Shown in pieces: positions 17,330-27,220 of a stretch of 41,085 bases of DNA (positions are counted from its first letter, which is position 1; each line of letters opens with the position of its first letter). The notes below the pieces were generated by a model that was not told the DNA's origin, made no database searches, and was given only the letters and a program-made list of their open reading frames with translations. The translations under genes were made by a program, and so were the position numbers. This DNA comes from an uncultured Aminicenantes bacterium (GTDB taxonomy: Bacteria > Acidobacteriota > Aminicenantia > UBA2199). The stretch covers positions 1 to 41,085 of the forward strand of contig CBDAFS010000057.1 of NCBI GenBank assembly GCA_965195285.1, written 5' to 3'.

Positions 17330-18322
17330 TTAAAATCTTTTGGTAAAGATATGGCAATAGGGAGTTCCATTCTTTTTGAAGTAATAACTCTGGTGATAAT
17401 CCTCGGCTTTCCAAAACACCAATGCCTCGGTCACCCGGGTAACCACCCGGTATTCCTTGGATTTCAGGATATCAATTAATTTCAAAGCGGTTTGTTTTTG
17501 TTTATCGTTCAGATAAAAAATCTCCGACCGGTACTGCTCACCGATATCAGGTCCCTGACGATTCAACTGGGTGGGATCATGGGTTTCAAAAAACAGCTTG
17601 GCCAGTTCCTCGTAACTTACGATCTCAGGAACAAAGACAACTTCCACGGCTTCGGCATGGCCGGTGGTGCCGATGCATACTTCTTTATAAGTTGGATTTT
17701 TGGTATGTCCCCCGGTAAAACCGACGGTGGTTTCCAGCACCCCCCTGCGCCTCTGCATATGGTATTCCGTTCCCCAGAAACATCCGGAGGCAAAAATGGC
17801 CCGTTCGGTTTTTTCCAGGGACACAAAATTTAAAGAAATGGAATTGACACAATGCCGGATATTTTTGACGGTGAATTTCTCCCCTTTAAAAACATGACCC
17901 AGGTGAGCCCTGCAGCGATTACACAAGATTTCGGTTCGCAGTCCATCGGTATCCGGTAACCGCTTTACCGCATTGTAAATCTCATCATCAAAACTGGGCC
18001 AGCCACAACCCGAATCAAACTTATCCTCGGATTTGTAAAGCGGGGCATCACACCGTTTGCATATATAATACCCTTTGGCTTTGTGGTCATGGTATATACC
18101 GGTGAAGGGCCTCTCCGTTGCTTTATGTACAATCACCCGTTCCTCTTCCGGAGTGAGTGGGTTATATTTCATGGCTTTCGTATCCTCCTTACTCGATTTG
18201 CTCTGGCTCTGAACCTGAAACACCTGGACGAATACAAAAACCGAAATCATGAGTCCGATGGTGGACCACAATGGTTTATGGGAAAAAAATCCGGTTTTCT
18301 CACCATTTCGTCTTTCTGGCAT
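17330..18322 (-). CDS. msrAB: Bifunctional methionine sulfoxide reductase, MsrB-MsrA order, with N-terminal signal/anchor
   Basis: TERPFTG, CKRC, SGCGWPSF, CNRC, HLGHVF, RHCVNS; then GCFWG, GHAEAV, QYRS, AEDYHQ. Confidence 0.95.
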   Translation of the reverse strand: MPERRNGEKTGFFSHKPLWSTIGLMISVFVFVQVFQVQSQSKSSKEDTKAMKYNPLTPEEERVIVHKATERPFTGIYHDHKAKGYYICKRCDAPLYKSEDKFDSGCGWPSFDDEIYNAVKRLPDTDGLRTEILCNRCRAHLGHVFKGEKFTVKNIRHCVNSISLNFVSLEKTERAIFASGCFWGTEYHMQRRRGVLETTVGFTGGHTKNPTYKEVCIGTTGHAEAVEVVFVPEIVSYEELAKLFFETHDPTQLNRQGPDIGEQYRSEIFYLNDKQKQTALKLIDILKSKEYRVVTRVTEALVFWKAEDYHQSYYFKKNGTPYCHIFTKRF

Positions 18323-18378
18323 TTGTTCCTCCTTTATCGTAGTTTATAAGTATTATAAAAAGGGGAAATAGGCTAATC

Positions 18379-21300
18379 TTAGAGATCGCACCGTAGGCAA
18401 CGCTTGGCATCATTGACACAGGATTTTTCAGACAATCCCAGTTCAACCTCATCAAAACCTTTGATTCGCTTCAATGCACTCAAGCAGGGCATCTTATCTC
18501 TCTTCAATTTCTCGAGTTCTTCATCGGGAACCTCAATGGGCTCTATCAGTCTTTTGGGCCGCACCGATCTGAAGTGCCAGGGTATTTTGATACCATTGAA
18601 ATAGCCGTTTATGGCAGCGGCTGCCCGCTGACCGGCAGCAATGGCTTCAATAATGGTTGCAGGTCCGGTAACCGCATCTCCTCCGGCAAAAATTCCCGGG
18701 ATACTGGTTTCCAGGGTATTGGGGTCGACCTCAAAGGTATTCCAGGCCGTGATATCAAAATTCATATCTTTTAACAACTCAGCCAGGTCGGGTTCCTGGC
18801 TGATGGCCGGGATAATGACATCGCAGGAGATAATAAACTCAGAGCCTTCAACCGGAACCGGGCGTCTTCTGCCACTGGCATCGGGTTTCCCCAGTTCAGT
18901 CCGGACACATTCCAAACCGGTCACCCGATTCTTGGCCCCGATAATTCGTTTGGGGGCAACCAAGACATGCAGTTTCACACCTTCTTCCTCAGCCGCATCA
19001 ATTTCTTCTTTAAAAGCCGGCATTTCAAATCTGGATCGACGGTAGGCAATGCTGACCTCCGAGACACCGATTCTAACGGCAGTTCGGGCTGCATCTACCG
19101 CTGAATTACCTCCACCGATCACGATTATTTTATCCCCCGGTTTTTTTCGGTTACCAAAATTCACATTCTGCAGGAAATCAATGCTATCGATAAAACCTTC
19201 ATATTTGTCCTCGCCGTAAACACCGAGTTTTCTACCCTTGAAGGCTCCGACAGCCAAAAATACGACATCATAACCCTGTTTTTTTAATTGATTTATGGTT
19301 ATGTCTTTTCCAATTCGGGTACTGGTTTTTATTTCGATGCCCAGGGCAGCAATGGCATCTATTTCGGCTTTGATCACATTCCGGGGCAGACGATACTCTG
19401 GTATGCCGGCAACCATCATACCACCGGGAATCGGCAGGGCTTCGAAAACCGTTATCGTATAGCCCATTTGTCTTAAATAAAAAGCTGCGGTAAGTCCGGC
19501 CGGCCCGGCTCCGACAATCGCCACCTTCTCGTTTTTTGTAACGGGTAAAGGTTTTATATGTTTTGCTCTTTCCAACTCCAGGTCGGCAACAAATCGCTTT
19601 TGATACATAATGGCAATCGGTTCATCCACCTCTCCCCGGGTGCATTCAAATTCACATGAATGGGTGCAGGCTCGCCCGCAAATCGAGGGGAAGGGATTGT
19701 CTTCGATGATGAGGTCCAGGGCATCCTCGTACCGTTTATGAGCAATCAGCGAGACATAACTGGGAACATCAATACCGGCCGGGCAGGCATTCTGGCAGGG
19801 AGCGGGTGTGAGCCGCTTGCAAACCATGGCCGGGCATCTTTTCTCAATGATATGGGCTTCATACTCTTCCCTGAAATATTTGATGGTGGTCAGAACCGGA
19901 TTCGGGGCCGTCTTGCCCAGTCCGCAAAGGGAAGCATCAATGATGGTATCACTGAGACGTTGCAGGGTGTCAAGGTCCTCCATTTTCCCGTTTCCATCTG
20001 AAATTCTCTCCAATATTTCCAGCATGACCTTGGTTCCGACCCGGCATGGTGTACATTTCCCGCAACTTTCTTCTGCTGTAAAATGCAGAAAAAATTTGGC
20101 GATATCCACCATACAACTGGTCTCATCCATGATCACCATTCCACCGGAACCCATTATGGCCCCGGTCTCATTTATGGAATCATAATCAATGGGAATATCA
20201 AACATTCTTTCAGGAATACAACCACCCGAAGGACCGCCCAACTGGGCAGCTTTTATCTGATTGCCCTGAACGCCGCCGCCACCGATATCATAGATGGCCT
20301 TCCTCAAAGACATACCCATGGGAACCTCAATGAGTCCGGTGTATCGGACTTTTCCGGCCAAGGCAAAGACCTTGGTGCCTTTACTTTTGTCGGTTCCGAT
20401 GGCCGCATAGGCTTCAGGTGAATCCACAATGATTCGAGGAAGATTGGCCAGGGTCTCCACATTGTTGACCACGGTGGGTTTTTTATACAATCCTTTTATG
20501 GGCGGGAAGGGGGGTTTGGGCCTGGGCATGCCTCGCTGATCTTCTATGGAAGCAATCAAAGCGGTTTCTTCACCGCATACGAATGCCCCGGCTCCTTCCC
20601 TGACACTGATATCGAAGGAGAAATCACTGTCCAGAATATTATTGCCCAAAAAATTTTTCTCTCTGGCATCGGCCAGGGCCTTGTCCAGGGTTTTCAGGGC
20701 CAAGGGATATTCGGCCCGACAGTAAATGAAGCCTTCGGTTGCCCCAATGGCATAACCGGCGATAATCATTCCCTCCAGTACCGAGTGGGGATCGCCTTCC
20801 AACAGGGAGCGATCCATGAAGGCTCCCGGATCACCTTCATCGGCATTGCAAATCACATATTTTTTGTCTGATTTGACATTCCGGCAGAAGGTCCATTTTT
20901 TTGCCGTGGGAAAACCAGCACCCCCACGGCCCCGGATACCGGATTTTCCAACCTCTTCAATAACTTCTTCCGGGGTCATCTTCAGTATTTTTATTGTGGC
21001 CTGGTAACCACCGGTTTCCAGGTAATCTTCAATACTGAAAGGATCAATATTTCCGCAATTCTTCAGGGCAATTTTTACCTGATCCTTGACCACACTATAT
21101 TCATCTATGAAGGGTACACCCTCATAGGCCTGCTGTTCCTTACTTTCGGGATGATATTGATACAATACGTTTTCTTTAACAACCTGTCCGTTTTTAACTG
21201 TTTTCTCGACAATGGCAGGAACCGATTCGGGAAGAATATTTCCATAGGTCAGCCGGGTTCTTCCATCCAATTCCAATTCAGCAACAACCTCCTGGGAACA

Positions 21301-21435
21301 CAGTCCGATACATCCAGTTGACCCTATTTTAACAGACAGTTTGCTATTTTCAATTTCAGCCAGGAATGCATTGTAAACATCCATTCCACCTGCCGCTCTT
21401 CCGCAGGTTGCCATTCCGATTTTTATAACAGACAT
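18379..21435 (-). CDS. NuoF/HydB-like FMN-NAD(H) subunit fused to a GltD/NfnB-like FAD-NADP(H) module
   Basis: GRGGAGFPT, NADEGDPGAFMDR, GGPSGG, ESCGKCTPC, EAH-x5-CPAMVC; then PCQNACPAGIDVP, GAGPAG, GGGNSA-x-DAAR, YRR, FAGGD, RCLRC; start ATG 21435 or GTG 21447. Confidence 0.9.
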   Translation of the reverse strand: MSVIKIGMATCGRAAGGMDVYNAFLAEIENSKLSVKIGSTGCIGLCSQEVVAELELDGRTRLTYGNILPESVPAIVEKTVKNGQVVKENVLYQYHPESKEQQAYEGVPFIDEYSVVKDQVKIALKNCGNIDPFSIEDYLETGGYQATIKILKMTPEEVIEEVGKSGIRGRGGAGFPTAKKWTFCRNVKSDKKYVICNADEGDPGAFMDRSLLEGDPHSVLEGMIIAGYAIGATEGFIYCRAEYPLALKTLDKALADAREKNFLGNNILDSDFSFDISVREGAGAFVCGEETALIASIEDQRGMPRPKPPFPPIKGLYKKPTVVNNVETLANLPRIIVDSPEAYAAIGTDKSKGTKVFALAGKVRYTGLIEVPMGMSLRKAIYDIGGGGVQGNQIKAAQLGGPSGGCIPERMFDIPIDYDSINETGAIMGSGGMVIMDETSCMVDIAKFFLHFTAEESCGKCTPCRVGTKVMLEILERISDGNGKMEDLDTLQRLSDTIIDASLCGLGKTAPNPVLTTIKYFREEYEAHIIEKRCPAMVCKRLTPAPCQNACPAGIDVPSYVSLIAHKRYEDALDLIIEDNPFPSICGRACTHSCEFECTRGEVDEPIAIMYQKRFVADLELERAKHIKPLPVTKNEKVAIVGAGPAGLTAAFYLRQMGYTITVFEALPIPGGMMVAGIPEYRLPRNVIKAEIDAIAALGIEIKTSTRIGKDITINQLKKQGYDVVFLAVGAFKGRKLGVYGEDKYEGFIDSIDFLQNVNFGNRKKPGDKIIVIGGGNSAVDAARTAVRIGVSEVSIAYRRSRFEMPAFKEEIDAAEEEGVKLHVLVAPKRIIGAKNRVTGLECVRTELGKPDASGRRRPVPVEGSEFIISCDVIIPAISQEPDLAELLKDMNFDITAWNTFEVDPNTLETSIPGIFAGGDAVTGPATIIEAIAAGQRAAAAINGYFNGIKIPWHFRSVRPKRLIEPIEVPDEELEKLKRDKMPCLSALKRIKGFDEVELGLSEKSCVNDAKRCLRCDL

Positions 21436-21449
21436 TCTTCTAACCACCC

Positions 21450-21959
21450 CTATTTATCTTCATTTTCAGAAGCCTCTCGACAGGACTCGATAACTGCTTT
21501 TACCTGATCAATATCAAGTTTACCGTAAACTTTGTCATTCACCATCATGGCCGGTGCCAGTGCGCAGCAACCGAGACAGGCCACATTCTGGACCGTAAAG
21601 AGCCGATCCTCGGTGGTTTCATTATCCTCATCCAGTTTCAGATAGGATCTGAGCTTCTTGCCCAGAACTTTGGAACCGCCCACATGACAGGCCGTTCCAT
21701 TGCAAGCTTTTATAATATTCTTCCCCACCGGGATAGTGCTGAACTGTGAATAAAAGGTGATGACTCCATAAATATGACTCTCGGCAACATGCATTCTTTC
21801 GGAAAGATACCTAATGGCAAATTCGGGCACATAACCGAATTCAGATTGAATTTTCTGCAAAAGAATCATCAGAGAATTTGCTATAGAATATTTTTTAAAA
21901 ATTTCCCCGACCACTTCCATTTCTTCATTTGACAAGGATACAGTCTCTTGCGTCTGCAT
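21450..21959 (-). CDS. NuoE/HydC-like [2Fe-2S] subunit
   Basis: V-x-TFY, CNGTACH...CLGCC. Confidence 0.92.
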   Translation of the reverse strand: MQTQETVSLSNEEMEVVGEIFKKYSIANSLMILLQKIQSEFGYVPEFAIRYLSERMHVAESHIYGVITFYSQFSTIPVGKNIIKACNGTACHVGGSKVLGKKLRSYLKLDEDNETTEDRLFTVQNVACLGCCALAPAMMVNDKVYGKLDIDQVKAVIESCREASENEDK

Positions 21960-21961
21960 GA

Positions 21962-23968
21962 TTACTCCGCCTCCTTGAACCTCTTTTTGACAAGATCCTG
22001 TAAATCATGGCAATACTCTGCCAGCACTTTTTGATAATCCGTCCTGATAAATCCTGTTGGGGTCTTCACCATATCTTTCCAGACAATCTCTGTTTTCCGG
22101 TTTAATTTCTGACCCTCTTCTTGTAACGAATCATAAGTAATATCCTGGAAACAGGAAAATTTCTTTGCAATTTTCTGCTCCCAGATTTCCCTGCTGGTGG
22201 AGAAATCCCATTTTAAACCCATTCTCTTGGCTAACTCATTGAAAATCCACCCGGATGGTTTGGCTTCTCCCGGGGCATTCACGACCCGGCGGATCAAATT
22301 GATTCGAAAATCAGAACCAACGGTTGTTCCTTCATGTTCCACCCACACCGAGGCCGGTAAAACCAGGTCTGCTTTTTCCTGTGCCACAGAAGGAAAGATA
22401 TCCTGAACCACCAGAAATTCCACTGAATCGGGAAGCGGGCTTTGATGATTCATGGTGTACAATAATTTCAATTTTCCCATATCCAGATCATTCCGGGGCA
22501 ACAAACCCAACAAATAAGCTCCCGCTGTATTGTTTTCTCGGCTTATGGAGAAAATTTTCAGGCCTTCTCTTTGGTTTATTCCGGAGATATCTGTATCCGG
22601 ATCATGAAACAAAAGGGTTTCACCGTTTATTTCCTTTTCTATATCGGCTAGATTTTCCAGCCGGACCCGGGCAAACTTGGACAGTTCGGTATTCTCCATA
22701 TTCACGGTAACCAGTTTGGCACCGTTCAGGACCGCCTGTTTGACAAATGTGGCCGCAACCGGATTATCCCGGGTCATATCCATATTGACGACCACAATAG
22801 TCTGGGCGTTTTTTACATCCTCGTAATCCAGACCCATAAAGGCCGGTGATTCAAAATGAAACACATTATCCCCGGACAGGGCCTCATCAAAAAACTTTTT
22901 TACTTGAAACAGATCTTCATTCTTCTCTTTGGTGGATACCAGACATCCGATCGCTTCGGGACCGTATTTGTCTTTGACTTCATTGATCTTGGCAGCCAGC
23001 CAATCCAGAGCTGCTTCCCAGGTTGTTTCAACCAGTTTCCCCTTCTGCCGGATCATGGGTTTGGTCAGCCGGTCTTCGGAGTGAATAAAATCAAAGGCAA
23101 AACGACCTTTAAAGCACAGTCTGCCTCGATTGGGCAGGCCATCTTCCACACCGTCAACCTTCACGATCTCATTATCCTTTACAAACAGGTCAAGCTGACA
23201 TCCCACCCCGCAATAATGACAGGTAGTCCTGACATGCTTTATATCCCACATCCGGTAATTGAATCGATTCCGCTTTTCAAAGAGGGCACCCACCGGACAA
23301 CTCTGGATACATTCACCGCAATACACACAATCCGAATCAGGCAGGGTGAGGTCCCCCCTGACCACAATCTTGGCAATATTGCCCCGGTAGCCGTGGGACA
23401 GGGCATTGTTCACCTGGATTTCACAGCAGGCCTGGACACATCGACCGCACAGAATACATCGTCCAAAATCCCTACCGATCAGAAGATCATCATACTCGAG
23501 TGGATATTTGGTGGGAATCCGGTCCATTGTTCTCTCAGTTACTCGATATTTATAGGCCAGGGCCTGCAATTCACATTGACCATAAGCCACACAGATATCA
23601 TCCGCCTGGTCATACTCAACCACATCTTTCTGAAAATCCGACCATTCCTGGGGAAAATTCCCCCGGATCGAACAGTTATGATTCCCGGAAATGAGTAAGA
23701 GTTCTATGACCATCTGGCGTGCTTTGACAATTCGGGTCGATTCGGTAAAGATTTCCATACCATCGGCAGCAGGAGAGGAACAGGATGCAATCGGTCCCGG
23801 TGCCCCCTTGACCTCAACAATACAGACCCGGCAGGCTCCGGTGGGGGGGGCCCCCTTTAAATGACAGAGGGTGGGGATATCAATTCCATTTCCCCTGGCC
23901 ACTTCCAGAATGGTTTCCCCGGATTCAAACTCACATTGTTTTCCGTTTATTGTGATTATATTAGCCAT
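21962..23968 (-). CDS. NuoG/FdhA-like Fe-S subunit with truncated molybdopterin-oxidoreductase domain
   Basis: IPTLC...GACRVC [2Fe-2S]; H-x-C...C...C cluster; CILCGRC and CVYCGEC; TTCHYCGVGC...LCFKG; no catalytic Cys/Sec-His segment and no C-terminal MGD-binding domain recognised. Confidence 0.85.
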   Translation of the reverse strand: MANIITINGKQCEFESGETILEVARGNGIDIPTLCHLKGAPPTGACRVCIVEVKGAPGPIASCSSPAADGMEIFTESTRIVKARQMVIELLLISGNHNCSIRGNFPQEWSDFQKDVVEYDQADDICVAYGQCELQALAYKYRVTERTMDRIPTKYPLEYDDLLIGRDFGRCILCGRCVQACCEIQVNNALSHGYRGNIAKIVVRGDLTLPDSDCVYCGECIQSCPVGALFEKRNRFNYRMWDIKHVRTTCHYCGVGCQLDLFVKDNEIVKVDGVEDGLPNRGRLCFKGRFAFDFIHSEDRLTKPMIRQKGKLVETTWEAALDWLAAKINEVKDKYGPEAIGCLVSTKEKNEDLFQVKKFFDEALSGDNVFHFESPAFMGLDYEDVKNAQTIVVVNMDMTRDNPVAATFVKQAVLNGAKLVTVNMENTELSKFARVRLENLADIEKEINGETLLFHDPDTDISGINQREGLKIFSISRENNTAGAYLLGLLPRNDLDMGKLKLLYTMNHQSPLPDSVEFLVVQDIFPSVAQEKADLVLPASVWVEHEGTTVGSDFRINLIRRVVNAPGEAKPSGWIFNELAKRMGLKWDFSTSREIWEQKIAKKFSCFQDITYDSLQEEGQKLNRKTEIVWKDMVKTPTGFIRTDYQKVLAEYCHDLQDLVKKRFKEAE

Positions 23969-23991
23969 TTTACTCTTGCTGGATCAATCCC

Positions 23992-26001
23992 TTAGTAAGC
24001 GGAAATCTCCTCTTTATTGACTTCGTCCAATTCTTTCTTGTAACAAATCAAACCACAATTCAAGCAGCGGTTGGCCTGATATCTGGCCTCAGCCTCATCC
24101 ACAGTGATCCGGTTATCAATAATTCCCCGGGAAGCCATCAAATCCTTTTTATCCACAATTTCAAATATATTCTGCAGTTCGTTTTCATCAACAATTATAC
24201 CCGCATCAGGAGATATCTCCTCACCGGAGACGTATTGTTGAATGGCCTTGGCCATTTTCCTGCCTCTTCCCACTGCCACCACTACGCCGGCAAGATCAGT
24301 AGGTCTTCCGGTTTTGGCAATGGTAAATATTCCCACCTGTGATTCCCGGGGAAGTACCTTGAATATATCCACGGTCTTCCATTGGGTTGCCTTTGTTTTT
24401 TCAATCAACATTTCCGGATAACGACCCGAACTGACAATCAGGTTGTCCAGGCTCAACTTCTGGATCTTATCATTCGCAACCCTCAGGGATAATGACTTTA
24501 ATTGATCCCCGTTGCCTTCCAACTCGACCGGAGTGGCTGAAAAAATGTATTTTACTTTTTTTGACTCGTTTAATTCAATGTTTCGGAATTCCGTCTCTTG
24601 CTTGGTAAAAGGAAGCACAACCGTCACCTGATCGGCACCGTTTTCCAGACAGACATCCGCTGCCATGGATGAAGTACTGCCTCCGCCGATGATCAGAACC
24701 TTCTTTTTCAAATCGATCTTTATATTTTTTGAAGCGGCAATTAACAGGTCAAGCAATAAATATGATCCGGGAATTATATTCTCTCCCCAGATGTTATCTC
24801 TAAGTATCTGACGGCTGTCCCAACCACCGGTGGTCATCAGGACCATATCGGTTCCCGAGGAAAACATGGATCCCAGGCTGAAATCTTTTCCCATGGTTTT
24901 CCCGGTTTCTGCTTCGATTCCGGTTTCCAGAATACTGTCAATCTCCCAGTCCAGGACATTCCGGGGTAATCGATCCTCGGTAATCACATATCTAAGAATT
25001 CCACCCAAACGGTCAGTAGCTTCCATGATTTTGGGGGCATGGCCCAGTCTCCTCAGATAATAAGCTGCGGTTAATCCCTCAACCCCGCCACCCACAACTA
25101 TAATGTTTTTTCCCTTGGCCGGTGGCAGATATTCGGGTAAAATCCTCTGACCCGAAGCCATCTCATACTGGGAAACAAATTTTTTCAAGGCATTGATTCC
25201 CACCGGTTCATCGATCAGGTTCCGCCGGCATTCAAACTCACAGGGGGCCGGGCATATCCATCCGCAAATCAAGGGGAATGGGTTTTTTTCCTTTATGACC
25301 CTTACGGCTTCAAGATAATTGCCTGCGGAAATCTGCCGGATATATTCGGGAATATCGATCTCAGCCGGGCAATTTCTCTGACAGGGCGCTGTACATTCGC
25401 TGATTTTCTGATCGGATTTGATTCTCCGGGTAGCCGATGAAAGGGTAATGATGTCCTTGGGACAAACTTCAACGCAAACTCCGCAACCCGTACAACGGTC
25501 CAGATTGACAACCGGCAGGTTGTTTTCACCCATGGAAAGTGCATTGAAGGGACAGGAAACCACGCATGTTCCCAGGCCCAGACAGCCGATGTGGCATTCC
25601 TTGCTACCTCCGTAAAGCAGCATGGCAGCCCGACAATCAAAAACCCCGTCATAAGTAAATTTTAAATCCGCATCCTGATAGCCGTAATAACATCCCGGCC
25701 TGGCAAAATCCGGTTCTTTCTGTTCCACTTTCTTACCCATAACCGCCGCTACCTGATGGGCAATTTCAAAACCTCCGGCCGTACAAACATCCAACTCTGC
25801 TTTGTTTTTGACTACGGCTTCGGCAGCGGCAGCACAACCGGCATATCCGCATCCGCCACAATTGGCTCCCAGAAGAGCTTCCTCCACCTGCTCGATACGG
25901 GGATCCTCCCATACGTATAATATTTTAGAGGCAATGGCTAACATTATGGAAGCCATCAATCCCAAACCCAGTAGCATTAGAAACGAATTCAAAATGATCA
26001 T
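23992..26001 (-). CDS. rnfB: RnfB fused to a GltD/NfnB-like domain
   Basis: N-terminal TM, GANCGGCGYAGC, GCLGLGTC, CTGCGVC; then APCQRNCPAEIDIP, NPFP-x-ICG, GGGVEGLTAA, RCLNCG. Confidence 0.9.
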   Translation of the reverse strand: MIILNSFLMLLGLGLMASIMLAIASKILYVWEDPRIEQVEEALLGANCGGCGYAGCAAAAEAVVKNKAELDVCTAGGFEIAHQVAAVMGKKVEQKEPDFARPGCYYGYQDADLKFTYDGVFDCRAAMLLYGGSKECHIGCLGLGTCVVSCPFNALSMGENNLPVVNLDRCTGCGVCVEVCPKDIITLSSATRRIKSDQKISECTAPCQRNCPAEIDIPEYIRQISAGNYLEAVRVIKEKNPFPLICGWICPAPCEFECRRNLIDEPVGINALKKFVSQYEMASGQRILPEYLPPAKGKNIIVVGGGVEGLTAAYYLRRLGHAPKIMEATDRLGGILRYVITEDRLPRNVLDWEIDSILETGIEAETGKTMGKDFSLGSMFSSGTDMVLMTTGGWDSRQILRDNIWGENIIPGSYLLLDLLIAASKNIKIDLKKKVLIIGGGSTSSMAADVCLENGADQVTVVLPFTKQETEFRNIELNESKKVKYIFSATPVELEGNGDQLKSLSLRVANDKIQKLSLDNLIVSSGRYPEMLIEKTKATQWKTVDIFKVLPRESQVGIFTIAKTGRPTDLAGVVVAVGRGRKMAKAIQQYVSGEEISPDAGIIVDENELQNIFEIVDKKDLMASRGIIDNRITVDEAEARYQANRCLNCGLICYKKELDEVNKEEISAY

Positions 26002-26014
26002 GATCTTCTCTCTG

Positions 26015-26614
26015 TCATTTCATCATATACGCCTGAAGCGAATTATCAATCCCCAAAAATCCGTAAAAGGCCAGGGCCATCAGGCCTGCCATTACCAGGG
26101 CAATGGCCGTATCCTGAAGGGCTCGCGGAATAAAGGATATCTCAAACCTTCCCCGGATCCCGGCAAAAAGAATCAAAGCCAGCGTAAATCCGGCCCCTGA
26201 AAATAGTGCATAAAAAAGACTCTGCAAAAAATTAAATTCATTATTGATGCAAAGGACCGCCACACCCAGAATGGCGCAATTGGTGGTGATGAGGGGCAGA
26301 AAAATCCCCAATGCCTTATACAGGGCAGGAGCCAGTTTTTTCAGGAACATTTCGATCAGCTGAACCAGGGCTGCAATCACCAGAATAAAGACAACGGTCT
26401 GGAGATATTCAATCTGCAGGATTACCAGGATATAATGATACACAAACCAGGTGATACTGGTGGCAAAGGTCATAACGAAAATCACGGCCATGCCCATTCC
26501 GGTGGCGGTTTCCATTTTTTTGGAAACCCCCATAAAGGGACAATTCCCCAAATACTGGGCCAGAAGAATGTTTTTTACCAAAATAGCATTGATGGCCAGG
26601 ATAATATATTCCAT
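26015..26614 (-). CDS. rnfA: Rnf complex subunit A
   Basis: YLGNCPF, LGIFLPLITTNCAILG. Confidence 0.95.
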   Translation of the reverse strand: MEYIILAINAILVKNILLAQYLGNCPFMGVSKKMETATGMGMAVIFVMTFATSITWFVYHYILVILQIEYLQTVVFILVIAALVQLIEMFLKKLAPALYKALGIFLPLITTNCAILGVAVLCINNEFNFLQSLFYALFSGAGFTLALILFAGIRGRFEISFIPRALQDTAIALVMAGLMALAFYGFLGIDNSLQAYMMK

Positions 26615-26626
26615 TTAAAACTCCAT

Positions 26627-27220
26627 TTATTTTTTGGGAAATAAATTCATGATACCCAGAATCAGCCCCAGGCAAATAAATGCCCCGGGTGCACTCACCA
26701 TAAAAGCAAAGGGTTCAAATGAATCCCACATCACCTGCATTCCCAAAAATGTACCCTTGCCCAGAATTTCCCGGATTGAGCTGATCAGTATCAGGGAGAG
26801 GGTAAAACCCAGCCCGATTCCCAGTCCATCAGCAGCAGAGAGATAAATCGGATTTTTGGAGGCAAAGGCCTCGGCCCGTCCCAGGATAATACAATTCACC
26901 ACAATCAGATTTATAAACAAACCGAGCTGCTGGGAAATTGAAAAAAAGTAAGCCTTCATCACCAGCTCAACAATCACCACAAAAGTGGCAATCACAACAA
27001 TATAAGAAGCAATCCTGACTTTCTTGGGGATCAGGTTTTTTATGGAAGATATGATGACATTTGAGAAAAACAGAACAAAGGTGGTGCTCAGACCCATCCC
27101 GATCCCATTTTCCACAGCCGTGGTCACGGCCAGGATCGGACACAATCCCAGAACCAGTTTAAAGGGGGGAAGTATTTCCCAGAATCCTTTTAAAAATTCC
27201 TGTGAAATCGTTTTATTCAT
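26627..27220 (-). CDS. rnfE: Rnf complex subunit E
   Basis: LGLCP, LIVVNCIILGRAEAFA. Confidence 0.95.
   Translation of the reverse strand: MNKTISQEFLKGFWEILPPFKLVLGLCPILAVTTAVENGIGMGLSTTFVLFFSNVIISSIKNLIPKKVRIASYIVVIATFVVIVELVMKAYFFSISQQLGLFINLIVVNCIILGRAEAFASKNPIYLSAADGLGIGLGFTLSLILISSIREILGKGTFLGMQVMWDSFEPFAFMVSAPGAFICLGLILGIMNLFPKK

Noticed and set aside
18290-18322. Tat signal peptide on MsrAB (ERRN), given tatA nearby
   Set aside because: Does not match (S/T)RRxFLK; the RR is far from the hydrophobic segment
22856-23698. Long antisense ORFs (280 aa here; also 2731-3225, 29304-29825, 29965-30498, 31286-31906)
   Set aside because: Shadow frames opposite well-supported genes, with no recognisable motifs
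18379-23968. Respiratory complex I (nuoEFG), glutamate synthase or an active formate dehydrogenase
   Set aside because: No membrane nuo genes, no gltB, and no Mo/W catalytic ligands
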